Of a stretch of DNA of 64,000 nucleotides, positions 29,901 through 44,945 are shown piece by piece. The stretch spans positions 24,304,001-24,368,000 of the forward strand of contig OZ024744.1 in the NCBI GenBank assembly GCA_964016885.1. The letters run 5' to 3'. Numbering within the stretch: position 1 is the first letter of the stretch; each line of letters opens with the position of its first letter. Below the pieces are notes generated by a model. It made no database searches, was not told the origin of the DNA, and was given only the letters and a program-made list of their open reading frames with translations. Source of the stretch: Eledone cirrhosa (taxonomy: Eukaryota). Made by a program: the position numbers and the translations under genes.

Positions 29901-30264
29901 CAGTTGAATCTTAAGAATTGACTCGTTTTAACAACAGTTGAATCTTAAGACAAAACCCGTTTTAACAACAGTTGAATCTTAAGAACTGACTCGTTTTAAC
30001 AACAGTTGAATCTTAAGATAAAACTCGTTTTAACAACAGTTGAATCTTAAGAACTGACTCGTTTTAACAACAGTTGAATCTTAAGATAAACTCGTGTTAA
30101 CAACAGTTGAATCTTAAGAACTGACTCGTTTTAACAACAGCTGAATCTTAAGATGAAACTCGTATTAACAACAGTTGAATCTTAAGAACTGACTCGTTTT
30201 ATCAACAGTTCAACCTTAAGAACTGACTCGTTTTAACAACAGTTGAATCTTCAAATAAAACTCG

Positions 30265-33200
30265 TGTTAACAACAGTTGAATCTTAAGAACTGACTCGTT
30301 TTAACAACAACTGAATCTTAAGATTAAACTCGTTTTAACAACAGTTGAATCTTAAGAACTGTCTCGTTTTAACAACAGTTGAATCTTAAGATAAACCTCG
30401 TTTTAACAACAGTTTAATCTTAACAACTGACTCGTTTTAACAACAGTTGAATCTTAAGATAAAATTCGTTTTAACAACAGTTGAATCTTAAGAACTGATT
30501 CGTTTTAACAACAGTTCAAACTTAAGGACTGACTCGTTTTAACAACAGTTGAATCTTATGATAAAACTCATTTTAACAACAGTTGAATCTTAAGAACTGA
30601 TTCGTTTTAACAACAGATGAATCTTAAGATAAACCTCGTTTTAACAAAAGTTGAATCTTAAGAACTGGCTCGTTTTAACAACAGTTGAATCTTAAGAACT
30701 GTCTCGTTTTAACAACAGTTGAATCTTAAGAACTGACTCGTTTTAACAACAGTTGAATCTTATGATAAAACCCATTTTAACAACAGTTGAATCTTAAGAT
30801 AAAACTCGTTTTAACAACAGTTGAATCTTAATAACTGACTCGTTTTAACAACAGTTGAATCTTAAGATAAAACTCGTTTTAACAACAGTTGAATCTTAAG
30901 AACTGACTCGTTTTAACAACAGTTGAATCTTAAGAACTGACTCGTTTTATAAACAGTTCAACCTTAAGAACTGACTCGTTTTAACAACAGTTGAATCTTC
31001 AAATAAAACCCGTTTTAACAACAGTTGAATATTAAGAACTGACTCGTTTTAACAGCAGTTGAACCTTAATATAAAACTCATTTTAACAACAGTTGAATCT
31101 CAAGACAAAACCCGTTTTAACAACAGTTGAATCTTAAGAACTGACTCGTTTTAACAACAGTTGAATCTTAAGAACTGACTCGTTTTAACAACAGTTGAAT
31201 CTTAAGAACTGTCTCGTTTTAACAACAGTTGAATCTTAAGATAAACCTCGTTTTAACAACAGTTTAATCTTAACAACTGACTCGTTTTAACAACAGTTGA
31301 ATCTTAAGATAAAATTCGTTTTAACAACAGTTGAATCTTAAGAACTGATTCGTTTTAACAACAGTTCAAACTTAAGAACTGACTCGTTTTAACAACAGTT
31401 GAATCTTATGATAAAACTCATTTTAACAACAGTTGAATCTTAAGAACTGATTCGTTTTAACAACAGATGAATCTTAAGATAAACCTCGCTTTAACAAAAG
31501 TTGAATCTTAAGAACTGGCTCGTTTTAACAACAGTTGAATCTTAAGAACTGTCTCGTTTTAACAACACTTGAATCTTAAGAACTGACTCGTTTTAACAAC
31601 AGTTGAATCTTATGATAAAACCCATTTTAACAACAGTTGAATCTTAAGATAAAACTCGTTTTAACAACAGTTGAATCTTAAGAACTGACTCGTTTTAACA
31701 ACAGTTGAATCTTAAGATAAAACTCGTTTTAACAACAGTTGAATCTTAAGAACTGACTCGTTTTAACAACATTTGAATCTTAAGAATTGACTCGTTTTAT
31801 AAACAGTTCAACCTTAAGAACTGACTCGTTTTAACAACAGTTGAATCTTCAAATAAAACTCGTTTTAACAACAGTTGAATATTAAGAACTGACTCGTTTT
31901 AACAGCAGTTGAATCTTAATATAAAACTCGTTTTAACAACAGTTGAATCTTAAGAACTGACTCGTTTTAATAACAGTTGAATCTTAAGATAAAACTCGTT
32001 TTAACAACAGTTGAATCTTAAGAACTGACTCGTTTTAACAACAGCTGAATTTTAAGATGAAACTCGTTTTAACAACAGTTGAATCTTAAGAACTGACTCG
32101 TTTTATCAACAGTTCAACCTTAAGAACTGACTCATTTTAACAACAGTTGAATCTTAAGATAAAACTCGTTTTAACAACAGCTGAATCTTAAGATTAAACT
32201 CATTTTAACAACAGTTGAATCTCAAGACAAAACCCGTTTTAACAACAGTTGAATCTTAAGAACTGACTCGTTTTAACAACAGTTGAATCTTAAGAACTGA
32301 CTCGTTTTAACAACAACTGAATCTTAAGATTAAACTCGTTTTAACAACAGTTGAATCTTAAGAACTGTCTCGTTTTAACAACAGTTGAATCTTAAGATAA
32401 ACCTCGTTTTAACAACAGTTTAATCTTAACAACTGACTCGTTTTAACAACAGTTGAATCTTAAGATAAAATTCGTTTTAACAACAGTTGAATCTTAAGAA
32501 CTGATTCGTTTTAACAACAGTTCAAACTTAAGGACTGACTCGTTTTAACAACAGTTGAATCTTATGATAAAACTCATTTTAACAACAGTTGAATCTTAAG
32601 AACTGATTCGTTTTAACAACAGATGAATCTTAAGATAAACCTCGTTTTAACAAAAGTTGAATCTTAAGAACTGGCTCGTTTTAACAACAGTTGAATCTTA
32701 AGAACTGTCTCGTTTTAACAACAGTTGAATCTTAAGAACTGACTCGTTTTAACAACAGTTGAATCTTATGATAAAACCCATTTTAACAACAGTTGAATCT
32801 TAAGATAAAACTCGTTTTAACAACAGTTGAATCTTAATAACTGACTCGTTTTAACAACAGTTGAATCTTAAGATAAAACTCGTTTTAACAACAGTTGAAT
32901 CTTAAGAACTGACTCGTTTTAACAACAGTTGAATCTTAAGAACTGACTCGTTTTATAAACAGTTCAACCTTAAGAACTGACTCGTTTTAACAACAGTTGA
33001 ATCTTCAAATAAAACCCGTTTTAACAACAGTTGAATATTAAGAACTGACTCGTTTTAACAGCAGTTGAACCTTAATATAAAACTCATTTTAACAACAGTT
33101 GAATCTCAAGACAAAACCCGTTTTAACAACAGTTGAATCTTAAGAACTGACTCGTTTTAACAACAGTTGAATCTTAAGAACTGACTCGTTTTAACAACAG

Positions 33201-34150
33201 TTGAATCTTAAGAACTGTCTCGTTTTAACAACAGTTGAATCTTAAGATAAACCTCGTTTTAACAACAGTTTAATCTTAACAACTGACTCGTTTTAACAAC
33301 AGTTGAATCTTAAGATAAAATTCGTTTTAACAACAGTTGAATCTTAAGAACTGATTCGTTTTAACAACAGTTCAAACTTAAGAACTGACTCGTTTTAACA
33401 ACAGTTGAATCTTATGATAAAACTCATTTTAACAACAGTTGAATCTTAAGAACTGATTCGTTTTAACAACAGATGAATCTTAAGATAAACCTCGCTTTAA
33501 CAAAAGTTGAATCTTAAGAACTGGCTCGTTTTAACAACAGTTGAATCTTAAGAACTGTCTCGTTTTAACAACACTTGAATCTTAAGAACTGACTCGTTTT
33601 AACAACAGTTGAATCTTATGATAAAACCCATTTTAACAACAGTTGAATCTTAAAATAAAACTCGTTTTAACAACAGTTGAATCTTAAGAACTGACTCGTT
33701 TTAACAACAGTTGAATCTTAAGATAAAACTCGTTTTAACAACAGTTGAATCTTAAGAACTGACTCGTTTAACAACATTTGAATCTTAAGAATTGACTCGT
33801 TTTATAAACAGTTCAACCTTAAGAACTGACTCGTTTTAACAACAGTTGAATCTTCAAATAAAACTCGTTTTAACAACAGTTGAATATTAAGAACTGACTC
33901 GTTTTAACAGCAGTTGAATCTTAATATAAAACTCGTTTTAACAACAGTTGAATCTTAAGAACTGACTCGTTTTAATAACAGTTGAATCTTAAGATAAAAC
34001 TCGTTTTAACAACAGTTGAATCTTAAGAACTGACTCGTTTTAACAACAGCTGAATTTTAAGATAAAACTCGTTTTAACAACAGTTGAATCTTAAGAACTG
34101 ACTCGTTTTATCAACAGTTCAACCTTAGAACTGACTCATTTTAACAACAG
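30265..34150. repeat. Tandem higher-order repeat, 2006-bp period (59 monomers)
   Basis: AGGACT at 30525/32531 and ATAACTG at 30831/32837 (2006 = 59x34). Variant order is collinear between the copies. Confidence 0.85.
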
Positions 34151-37100
34151 TTGAATCTTCAAATAAAACTCGTTTTAACAACAGTTGAATGTTAAGAACT
34201 GATTCGTTTTAACAACAGCTGAATCTTAAGATAAACTCGTTTTAACAACAGTTGAATCTTAAGATAAACCTCGTTTTAACAACAGTTTAATCTTAAGAAC
34301 TGACTCGTTTTAACAACAGTTGAATCTTAAGATAAAATTCGTTTTAACAACAGTTGAATCTTAAGAACTGATTCGTTTTAACAACAGTTTAAACTTAAGA
34401 ACTGACTCGTTTTAACAACAGTTGAATCTTAAGATAAAACTCGTTTTAACAACAGTTGAATCTTAAGAACTGATTCGTATTAACAACAGTTGAATATTAA
34501 GATAAAACTCGTTTTAACAACAGTTAAATCTTAAGAACTGACTCGTTTTAACAACAGTTGAATCTTAAGATAAAACTCGTTTTAACAACAGTTAAATCTT
34601 AAGAACTGTCTCGTTTTAACAACAGTTGAATCTTAAGAACTGACTCGTTTTAACAACAGTTGAATCTTATGATAAGACTCATTTTAACAACAGTTGAATC
34701 TTAAGATAAAACTCGTTTTAACAACAGTTGAATCTTAAGAACTGACTCGTTTTAACAACAGTTGAATCTTAAGATAAAACTCGTTTTAACAACAGTTGAA
34801 TCTTAAGAACTGACTCGTTTTAACAACAGTTGAATCTTAAGAACTGACTCGTTTTATAAACAGTTCAACCTTAAGAACTTACTCGTTTTAACAACAGTTG
34901 AATATTAAGAACTGATTCGTTTTAATAACAGTTAAATCTTAAGAACTGTCTCGTTTTAACAACAGTTGAATCTTAAGAACTGACTCGTTTTAACAACAGT
35001 TGAATCTTATGATAAGACTCATTTTAACAACAGTTGAATCTTAATATAAAACTCGTTTTAACAACAGTTGAATCTTAAGAACTGACTCGTTTTAATAACA
35101 GTTGAATCTTAAGATAGAACTCGTTTTAACAACAGTTGAATCTTAAGAACTGACTCGTTTTAACAACAGCTGAATTTTAAGATAAAACTCGTTTTAACAA
35201 CAGTTGAATCTTAAGAACTGACTCGTTTTATCAACAGTTCAACCTTAAGAACTGACTCATTTTAACAACAGTTGAATCTTCAAATAAAACTCGTTTTAAC
35301 AACAGTTGAATGTTAAGAACTGAATCGTTTTAACAACAGCTGAATCTTAAGATAAACTCGTTTTAACAACAGTTGAATCTTAAGATAAACCTCGTTTTAA
35401 CAACAGTTTAATCTTAAGAACTGAATCGTTTTAACAACAGTTGAATCTTAAGATAAAATTCGTTTTAACAATAGTTGAATCTTAAGAACTGATTCGTTTT
35501 AACAACAGTTCAAACTTAAGAACTGACTCGTTTTAACAACAGCTGAATCTTCAGATGAAACTCGTTTTAACAACAGTTGAATCTTAAGAACTGACTCATT
35601 TTAACAACAGTTGAATCTTAAGATAAAACATCATTTTAACAACAGTTGAATCTTAAAATAAAACTCGTTTTAACAACAGTTGAATCTTAAGAACTGACTC
35701 GTTTTAACAACAGTTGAATCTTAAGAACTGACTCGTTTTAACAACAATTCAACCTTAAGAACTGACTCGTATTAACAACAGTTGAATCTTAAGAACGGAC
35801 TCGTTTTAACAACAGTTGAATCTTAAGAACTGACTCGTTTTAACAACAACTGAATCTTAAGATTAAACTCGTTTTAACAACAGTTGAATCTTAAGAACTG
35901 TCTCGTTTTAACAACAGTTGAATCTTAAGATAAACCTCGTTTTAACAACAGTTTAATCTTAACAACTGACTCGTTTTAACAACAGTTGAATCTTAAGATA
36001 AAATTCGTTTTAACAACAGTTGAATCTTAAGAACTGATTGGTTTTAACAACAGTTCAAACTTAAGAACTGACTCGTTTTAACAACAGTTGAATCTTATGA
36101 TAAAACTCATTTTAACAACAGTTGAATCTTAAGAACTGATTCGTTTTAACAACAAATGAATCTTAAGATAAACCTCGCTTTAACAAAAGTTGAATCTTAA
36201 GAACTGGCTCGTTTTAACAACAGTTGAATCTTAAGAACTGTCTCGTTTTAACAACACTTGAATCTTAAGAACTGACTCGTTTTAACAACAGTTGAATCTT
36301 ATGATAAAACCCATTTTAACAACAGTTGAATCTTAAGAACTGACTCGTTTTAACAACAGTTGAATCTTAAGATAAAACTCGTTTTAACAACAGTTGAATC
36401 TTAAGAACTGACTCGTTTTAACAACAGTTGAATCTTAAGAACTGACTCGTTTTATAAACAGTTCAACCTTAAGAACTGACTCGTTTTAACAACAGTTGAA
36501 TCTTCAAATAAAACTCGTTTTAACAACAGTTGAATATTAAGAACTGACTCGTTTTAACAGCAGTTGAATCTTAATATAAAACTCGTTTTAACAACAGTTG
36601 AATCTTAAGAACTGACTCGTTTTAATAACAGTTGAATCTTAAGATAAAACTCGTTTTAACAACATTTGAATCTTAAAAACTGACTCGTTTTAACATCAGC
36701 TGAATTTTAAGATAAAACTCGTTTTAACAACAGTTGAATCTTAAGAACTGACTCGTTTTATCAACAGTTCAACCTTAAGAACTGACTCGTTTTAACAACA
36801 GTTGAATCTTCAAATAAAACTCGTTTTAACAACAGTTGAATCTTAAGAACTGACTCGTTTTAACAACAGTTGAATCTTAAGATAAAACTCGTTTTAACAA
36901 CAGCTGAATCTTAAGATTAAACTCATTTTAACAACAGTTGAATCTCAAGACAAAACCCGTTTTAACAACAGTTGAATCTTAAGAACTGACTCGTTTTAAC
37001 AACAGTTGAATCTTAAGAACTGACTCGTTTAACAACAGTTGAATCTTAAGAACTGTCTCGTTTTAACAACAGTTGAATATTAAGATAAACCTCGTTTTAA

Positions 37101-40100
37101 CAACAGTTTAATCTTAACAACTGACTCGTTTTAACAACAGTTGAATCTTAAGATAAAATTCGTTTTAACAACAGTTGAATCTTAAGAACTGATTCGTTTT
37201 AACAACAGTTCAAACTTAAGAACTGACTCGTTTTAACAACAGTTGAATCTTAAGAACTGACTCGTTTTATAAACAGTTCAACCTTAAGAACTTACTCGTT
37301 TTAACAACAGTTGAATATTAAGAACTGATTCGTTTTAACAGCAGTTGAATCTTAATATAAAACTCGTTTTAACAACAGTTGAATCTTAAGAACTAACTCG
37401 TTTTAATAACAGTTGAATCTTAAGATAGAACTCGTTTTAACAACAGTTGAATCTTAAGAACTGACTCGTTTTAACAACAGCTGAATTTTAAGATAAAACT
37501 CGTTTTAACAACAGTTGAATCTTAAGAACTGACTCGTTTTATCAACAGTTCAACCTTAAGAACTGACTCATTTTAACAACAGTTGAATCTTCAAATAAAA
37601 CTCGTTTTAACAACAGTTGAATGTTAAGAACTGAATCGTTTTAACAACAGCTGAATCTTAAGATAAACTCGTTTTAACAACAGTTGAATCTTAAGATAAA
37701 CCTCGTTTTAACAACAGTTTAATCTTAAGAACTGAATCGTTTTAACAACAGTTGAATCTTAAGATAAAATTCGTTTTAACAATAGTTGAATCTTAAGAAC
37801 TGATTCGTTTTAACAACAGTTCAAACTTAAGCACTGACTCGTTTTAACAACAGCTGAATCTTCAGATGAAACTCGTTTTAACAACAGTTGAATCTTAAGA
37901 ACTGACTCATTTTAACAACAGTTGAATCTTAAGAACTGACTCGTTTTATAAACAGTTCAACCTTAAGAACTGACTCGTTTTAACAACAGTTGAATCTTCA
38001 AATAAAACCCGTTTTAACAACAGTTGAATATTAAGAACTGACTCGTTTTAACAGCAGTTGAACCTTAATATAAAACTCATTTTAACAACAGTTGAATCTC
38101 AAGACAAAACCCGTTTTAACAACAGTTGAATCTTAAGAACTGACTCGTTTTAACAACAGTTGAATCTTAAGAACTGACTCGTTTTAACAACAGTTGAATC
38201 TTAAGAACTGTCTCGTTTTAACAACAGTTGAATCTTAAGATAAACCTCGTTTTAACAACAGTTTAATCTTAACAACTGACTCGTTTTAACAACAGTTGAA
38301 TCTTAAGATAAAATTCGTTTTAACAACAGTTGAATCTTAAGAACTGATTCGTTTTAACAACAGTTCAAACTTAAGAACTGACTCGTTTTAACAACAGTTG
38401 AATCTTATGATAAAACTCATTTTAACAACAGTTGAATCTTAAGAACTGATTCGTTTTAACAACAGATGAATCTTAAGATAAACCTCGCTTTAACAAAAGT
38501 TGAATCTTAAGAACTGGCTCGTTTTAACAACAGTTGAATCTTAAGAACTGTCTCGTTTTAACAACACTTGAATCTTAAGAACTGACTCGTTTTAACAACA
38601 GTTGAATCTTATGATAAAACCCATTTTAACAACAGTTGAATCTTAAGATAAAACTCGTTTTAACAACAGTTGAATCTTAAGAACTGACTCGTTTTAACAA
38701 CAGTTGAATCTTAAGATAAAACTCGTTTTAACAACAGTTGAATCTTAAGAACTGACTCGTTTTAACAACATTTGAATCTTAAGAATTGACTCGTTTTATA
38801 AACAGTTCAACCTTAAGAACTGACTCGTTTTAACAACAGTTGAATCTTCAAATAAAACTCGTTTTAACAACAGTTGAATATTAAGAACTGACTCGTTTTA
38901 ACAGCAGTTGAATCTTAATATAAAACTCGTTTTAACAACAGTTGAATCTTAAGAACTGACTCGTTTTAATAACAGTTGAATCTTAAGATAAAACTCGTTT
39001 TAACAACAGTTGAATCTTAAGAACTGACTCGTTTTAACAACAGCTGAATTTTAAGATGAAACTCGTTTTAACAACAGTTGAATCTTAAGAACTGACTCGT
39101 TTTATCAACAGTTCAACCTTAAGAACTGACTCATTTTAACAACAGTTGAATCTTAAGATAAAACTCGTTTTAACAACAGCTGAATCTTAAGATTAAACTC
39201 ATTTTAACAACAGTTGAATCTCAAGACAAAACCCGTTTTAACAACAGTTGAATCTTAAGAACTGACTCGTTTTAACAACAGTTGAATCTTAAGAACTGAC
39301 TCGTTTTAACAACAACTGAATCTTAAGATTAAACTCGTTTTAACAACAGTTGAATCTTAAGAACTGATTCGTTTTAACAACAGTTCAATCTTAAGAACTG
39401 TCTCGTTTTAACAACAGTTGAATCTTAAGATAAACCTCGTTTTAACAACAGTTTAATCTTAACAACTGACTCGTTTTAACAACAGTTGAATCTTAAGATA
39501 AAATTCGTTTTAACAACAGTTGAATCTTAAGAACTGATTCGTTTTAACAACAGTTCAAACTTAAGGACTGACTCGTTTTAACAACAGTTGAATCTTATGA
39601 TAAAACTCATTTTAACAACAGTTGAATCTTAAGAACTGATTCGTTTTAACAACAGATGAATCTTAAGATAAACCTCGTTTTAACAAAAGTTGAATCTTAA
39701 GAACTGGCTCGTTTTAACAACAGTTGAATCTTAAGAACTGTCTCGTTTTAACAACAGTTGAATCTTAAGAACTGACTCGTTTTAACAACAGTTGAATCTT
39801 ATGATAAAACCCATTTTAACAACAGTTGAATCTTAAGATAAAACTCGTTTTAACAACAGTTGAATCTTAATAACTGACTCGTTTTAACAACAGTTGAATC
39901 TTAAGATAAAACTCGTTTTAACAACAGTTGAATCTTAAGAACTGACTCGTTTTAACAACAGTTGAATCTTAAGAACTGACTCGTTTTATAAACAGTTCAA
40001 CCTTAAGAACTGACTCGTTTTAACAACAGTTGAATCTTCAAATAAAACCCGTTTTAACAACAGTTGAATATTAAGAACTGACTCGTTTTAACAGCAGTTG

Positions 40101-43100
40101 AACCTTAATATAAAACTCATTTTAACAACAGTTGAATCTCAAGACAAAACCCGTTTTAACAACAGTTGAATCTTAAGAACTGACTCGTTTTAACAACAGT
40201 TGAATCTTAAGAACTGACTCGTTTTAACAACAGTTGAATCTTAAGAACTGTCTCGTTTTAACAACAGTTGAATCTTAAGATAAACCTCGTTTTAACAACA
40301 GTTTAATCTTAACAACTGACTCGTTTTAACAACAGTTGAATCTTAAGATAAAATTCGTTTTAACAACAGTTGAATCTTAAGAACTGATTCGTTTTAACAA
40401 CAGTTCAAACTTAAGAACTGACTCGTTTTAACAACAGTTGAATCTTATGATAAAACTCATTTTAACAACAGTTGAATCTTAAGAACTGATTCGTTTTAAC
40501 AACAGATGAATCTTAAGATAAACCTCGCTTTAACAAAAGTTGAATCTTAAGAACTGGCTCGTTTTAACAACAGTTGAATCTTAAGAACTGTCTCGTTTTA
40601 ACAACACTTGAATCTTAAGAACTGACTCGTTTTAACAACAGTTGAATCTTATGATAAAACCCATTTTAACAACAGTTGAATCTTAAAATAAAACTCGTTT
40701 TAACAACAGTTGAATCTTAAGAACTGACTCGTTTTAACAACAGTTGAATCTTAAGATAAAACTCGTTTTAACAACAGTTGAATCTTAAGAACTGACTCGT
40801 TTTAACAACATTTGAATCTTAAGAATTGACTCGTTTTATAAACAGTTCAACCTTAAGAACTGACTCGTTTTAACAACAGTTGAATCTTCAAATAAAACTC
40901 GTTTTAACAACAGTTGAATATTAAGAACTGACTCGTTTTAACAGCAGTTGAATCTTAATATAAAACTCGTTTTAACAACAGTTGAATCTTAAGAACTGAC
41001 TCGTTTTAATAACAGTTGAATCTTAAGATAAAACTCGTTTTAACAACAGTTGAATCTTAAGAACTGACTCGTTTTAACAACAGCTGAATTTTAAGATAAA
41101 ACTCGTTTTAACAACAGTTGAATCTTAAGAACTGACTCGTTTTATCAACAGTTCAACCTTAGAACTGACTCATTTTAACAACAGTTGAATCTTCAAATAA
41201 AACTCGTTTTAACAACAGTTGAATGTTAAGAACTGATTCGTTTTAACAACAGCTGAATCTTAAGATAAACTCGTTTTAACAACAGTTGAATCTTAAGATA
41301 AACCTCGTTTTAACAATAGTTTAATCTTAAGAACTGACTCGTTTTAACAACAGTTGAATCTTAAGATAAAATTCGTTTTAACAACAGTTGAATCTTAAGA
41401 ACTGATTCGTTTTAACAACAGTTTAAACTTAAGAACTGACTCGTTTTAACAACAGTTGAATCTTAAGATAAAACTCGTTTTAACAACAGTTGAATCTTAA
41501 GAACTGATTCGTATTAACAACAGTTGAATATTAAGATAAAACTCGTTTTAACAACAGTTAAATCTTAAGAACTGACTCGTTTTAACAACAGTTGAATCTT
41601 AAGATAAAACTCGTTTTAACAACAGTTGAATCTTAAGAACTGTCTCGTTTTAACAACAGTTGAATCTTAAGAACTGACTCGTTTTAACAACAGTTGAATC
41701 TTATGATAAGACTCATTTTAACAACAGTTGAATCTTAAGATAAAACTCGTTTTAACAACAGTTGAATCTTAAGAACTGACTCGTTTTAACAACAGTTGAA
41801 TCTTAAGATAAAACTCGTTTTAACAACAGTTGAATCTTAAGAACTGACTCGTTTTAACAACAGTTGAATCTTAAGAACTGACTCGTTTTATAAACAGTTC
41901 AACCTTAAGAACTTACTCGTTTTAACAACAGTTGAATATTAAGAACTGATTCGTTTTAATAACAGTTAAATCTTAAGAACTGTCTCGTTTTAACAACAGT
42001 TGAATCTTAAGAACTGACTCGTTTTAACAACAGTTGAATCTTATGATAAGACTCATTTTAACAACAGTTGAATCTTAATATAAAACTCGTTTTAACAACA
42101 GTTGAATCTTAAGAACTGACTCGTTTTAATAACAGTTGAATCTTAAGATAGAACTCGTTTTAACAACAGTTGAATCTTAAGAACTGACTCGTTTTAACAA
42201 CAGCTGAATTTTAAGATAAAACTCGTTTTAACAACAGTTGAATCTTAAGAACTGACTCGTTTTATCAACAGTTCAACCTTAAGAACTGACTCATTTTAAC
42301 AACAGTTGAATCTTCAAATAAAACTCGTTTTAACAACAGTTGAATGTTAAGAACTGAATCGTTTTAACAACAGCTGAATCTTAAGATAAACTCGTTTTAA
42401 CAACAGTTGAATCTTAAGATAAACCTCGTTTTAACAACAGTTTAATCTTAAGAACTGAATCGTTTTAACAACAGTTGAATCTTAAGATAAAATTCGTTTT
42501 AACAATAGTTGAATCTTAAGAACTGATTCGTTTTAACAACAGTTCAAACTTAAGAACTGACTCGTTTTAACAACAGCTGAATCTTCAGATGAAACTCGTT
42601 TTAACAACAGTTGAATCTTTAGAACTGACTCATTTTAACAACAGTTGAATCTTAAGATAAAACATCATTTTAACAACAGTTGAATCTTAAAATAAAACTC
42701 GTTTTAACAACAGTTGAATCTTAAGAACTGACTCGTTTTAACAACAGTTGAATCTTAAGAACTGACTCGTTTTAACAACAATTCAACCTTAAGAACTGAC
42801 TCGTATTAACAACAGTTGAATCTTAAGAACGGACTCGTTTTAACAACAGTTGAATCTTAAGAACTGACTCGTTTTAACAACAACTGAATCTTAAGATTAA
42901 ACTCGTTTTAACAACAGTTGAATCTTAAGAACTGTCTCGTTTTAACAACAGTTGAATCTTAAGATAAACCTCGTTTTAACAACAGTTTAATCTTAACAAC
43001 TGACTCGTTTTAACAACAGTTGAATCTTAAGATAAAATTCGTTTTAACAACAGTTGAATCTTAAGAACTGATTGGTTTTAACAACAGTTCAAACTTAAGA

Positions 43101-44945
43101 ACTGACTCGTTTTAACAACAGTTGAATCTTATGATAAAACTCATTTTAACAACAGTTGAATCTTAAGAACTGATTCGTTTTAACAACAAATGAATCTTAA
43201 GATAAACCTCGCTTTAACAAAAGTTGAATCTTAAGAACTGGCTCGTTTTAACAACAGTTGAATCTTAAGAACTGTCTCGTTTTAACAACACTTGAATCTT
43301 AAGAACTGACTCGTTTTAACAACAGTTGAATCTTATGATAAAACCCATTTTAACAACAGTTGAATCTTAAGAACTGACTCGTTTTAACAACAGTTGAATC
43401 TTAAGATAAAACTCGTTTTAACAACAGTTGAATCTTAAGAACTGACTCGTTTTAACAACAGTTGAATCTTAAGAACTGACTCGTTTTATAAACAGTTCAA
43501 CCTTAAGAACTGACTCGTTTTAACAACAGTTGAATCTTCAAATAAAACTCGTTTTAACAACAGTTGAATATTAAGAACTGACTCGTTTTAACAGCAGTTG
43601 AATCTTAATATAAAACTCGTTTTAACAACAGTTGAATCTTAAGAACTGACTCGTTTTAATAACAGTTGAATCTTAAGATAAAACTCGTTTTAACAACATT
43701 TGAATCTTAAAAACTGACTCGTTTTAACATCAGCTGAATTTTAAGATAAAACTCGTTTTAACAACAGTTGAATCTTAAGAACTGACTCGTTTTATCAACA
43801 GTTCAACCTTAAGAACTGACTCGTTTTAACAACAGTTGAATCTTCAAATAAAACTCGTTTTAACAACAGTTGAATCTTAAGAACTGACTCGTTTTAACAA
43901 CAGTTGAATCTTAAGATAAAACTCGTTTTAACAACAGCTGAATCTTAAGATTAAACTCATTTTAACAACAGTTGAATCTCAAGACAAAACCCGTTTTAAC
44001 AACAGTTGAATCTTAAGAACTGACTCGTTTTAACAACAGTTGAATCTTAAGAACTGACTCGTTTAACAACAGTTGAATCTTAAGAACTGTCTCGTTTTAA
44101 CAACAGTTGAATCTTAAGATAAACCTCGTTTTAACAACAGTTTAATCTTAACAACTGACTCGTTTTAACAACAGTTGAATCTTAAGATAAAATTCGTTTT
44201 AACAACAGTTGAATCTTAAGAACTGATTCGTTTTAACAACAGTTCAAACTTAAGAACTGACTCGTTTTAACAACAGTTGAATCTTAAGAACTGACTCGTT
44301 TTATAAACAGTTCAACCTTAAGAACTTACTCGTTTTAACAACAGTTGAATATTAAGAACTGATTCGTTTTAACAGCAGTTGAATCTTAATATAAAACTCG
44401 TTTTAACAACAGTTGAATCTTAAGAACTAACTCGTTTTAATAACAGTTGAATCTTAAGATAGAACTCGTTTTAACAACAGTTGAATCTTAAGAACTGACT
44501 CGTTTTAACAACAGCTGAATTTTAAGATAAAACTCGTTTTAACAACAGTTGAATCTTAAGAACTGACTCGTTTTATCAACAGTTCAACCTTAAGAACTGA
44601 CTCATTTTAACAACAGTTGAATCTTCAAATAAAACTCGTTTTAACAACAGTTGAATGTTAAGAACTGAATCGTTTTAACAACAGCTGAATCTTAAGATAA
44701 ACTCGTTTTAACAACAGTTGAATCTTAAGATAAACCTCGTTTTAACAACAGTTTAATCTTAAGAACTGAATCGTTTTAACAACAGTTGAATCTTAAGATA
44801 AAATTCGTTTTAACAATAGTTGAATCTTAAGAACTGATTCGTTTTAACAACAGTTCAAACTTAAGCACTGACTCGTTTTAACAACAGCTGAATCTTCAGA
44901 TGAAACTCGTTTTAACAACAGTTGAATCTTAAGAACTGACTCATT
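30912..44945. repeat. Tandem duplication of ~7.0 kb (~206-207 monomers), junction near 37910
   Basis: Offset 6999: TATA 30948/37947, GATG 32056/39055. Offset 7034 after one extra monomer (~39361-39395) and a 1-bp indel (~33770): AACCTTAGAA 34121/41155, ATTGG 36037/43071, GCACTG 37831/44865. Confidence 0.92.
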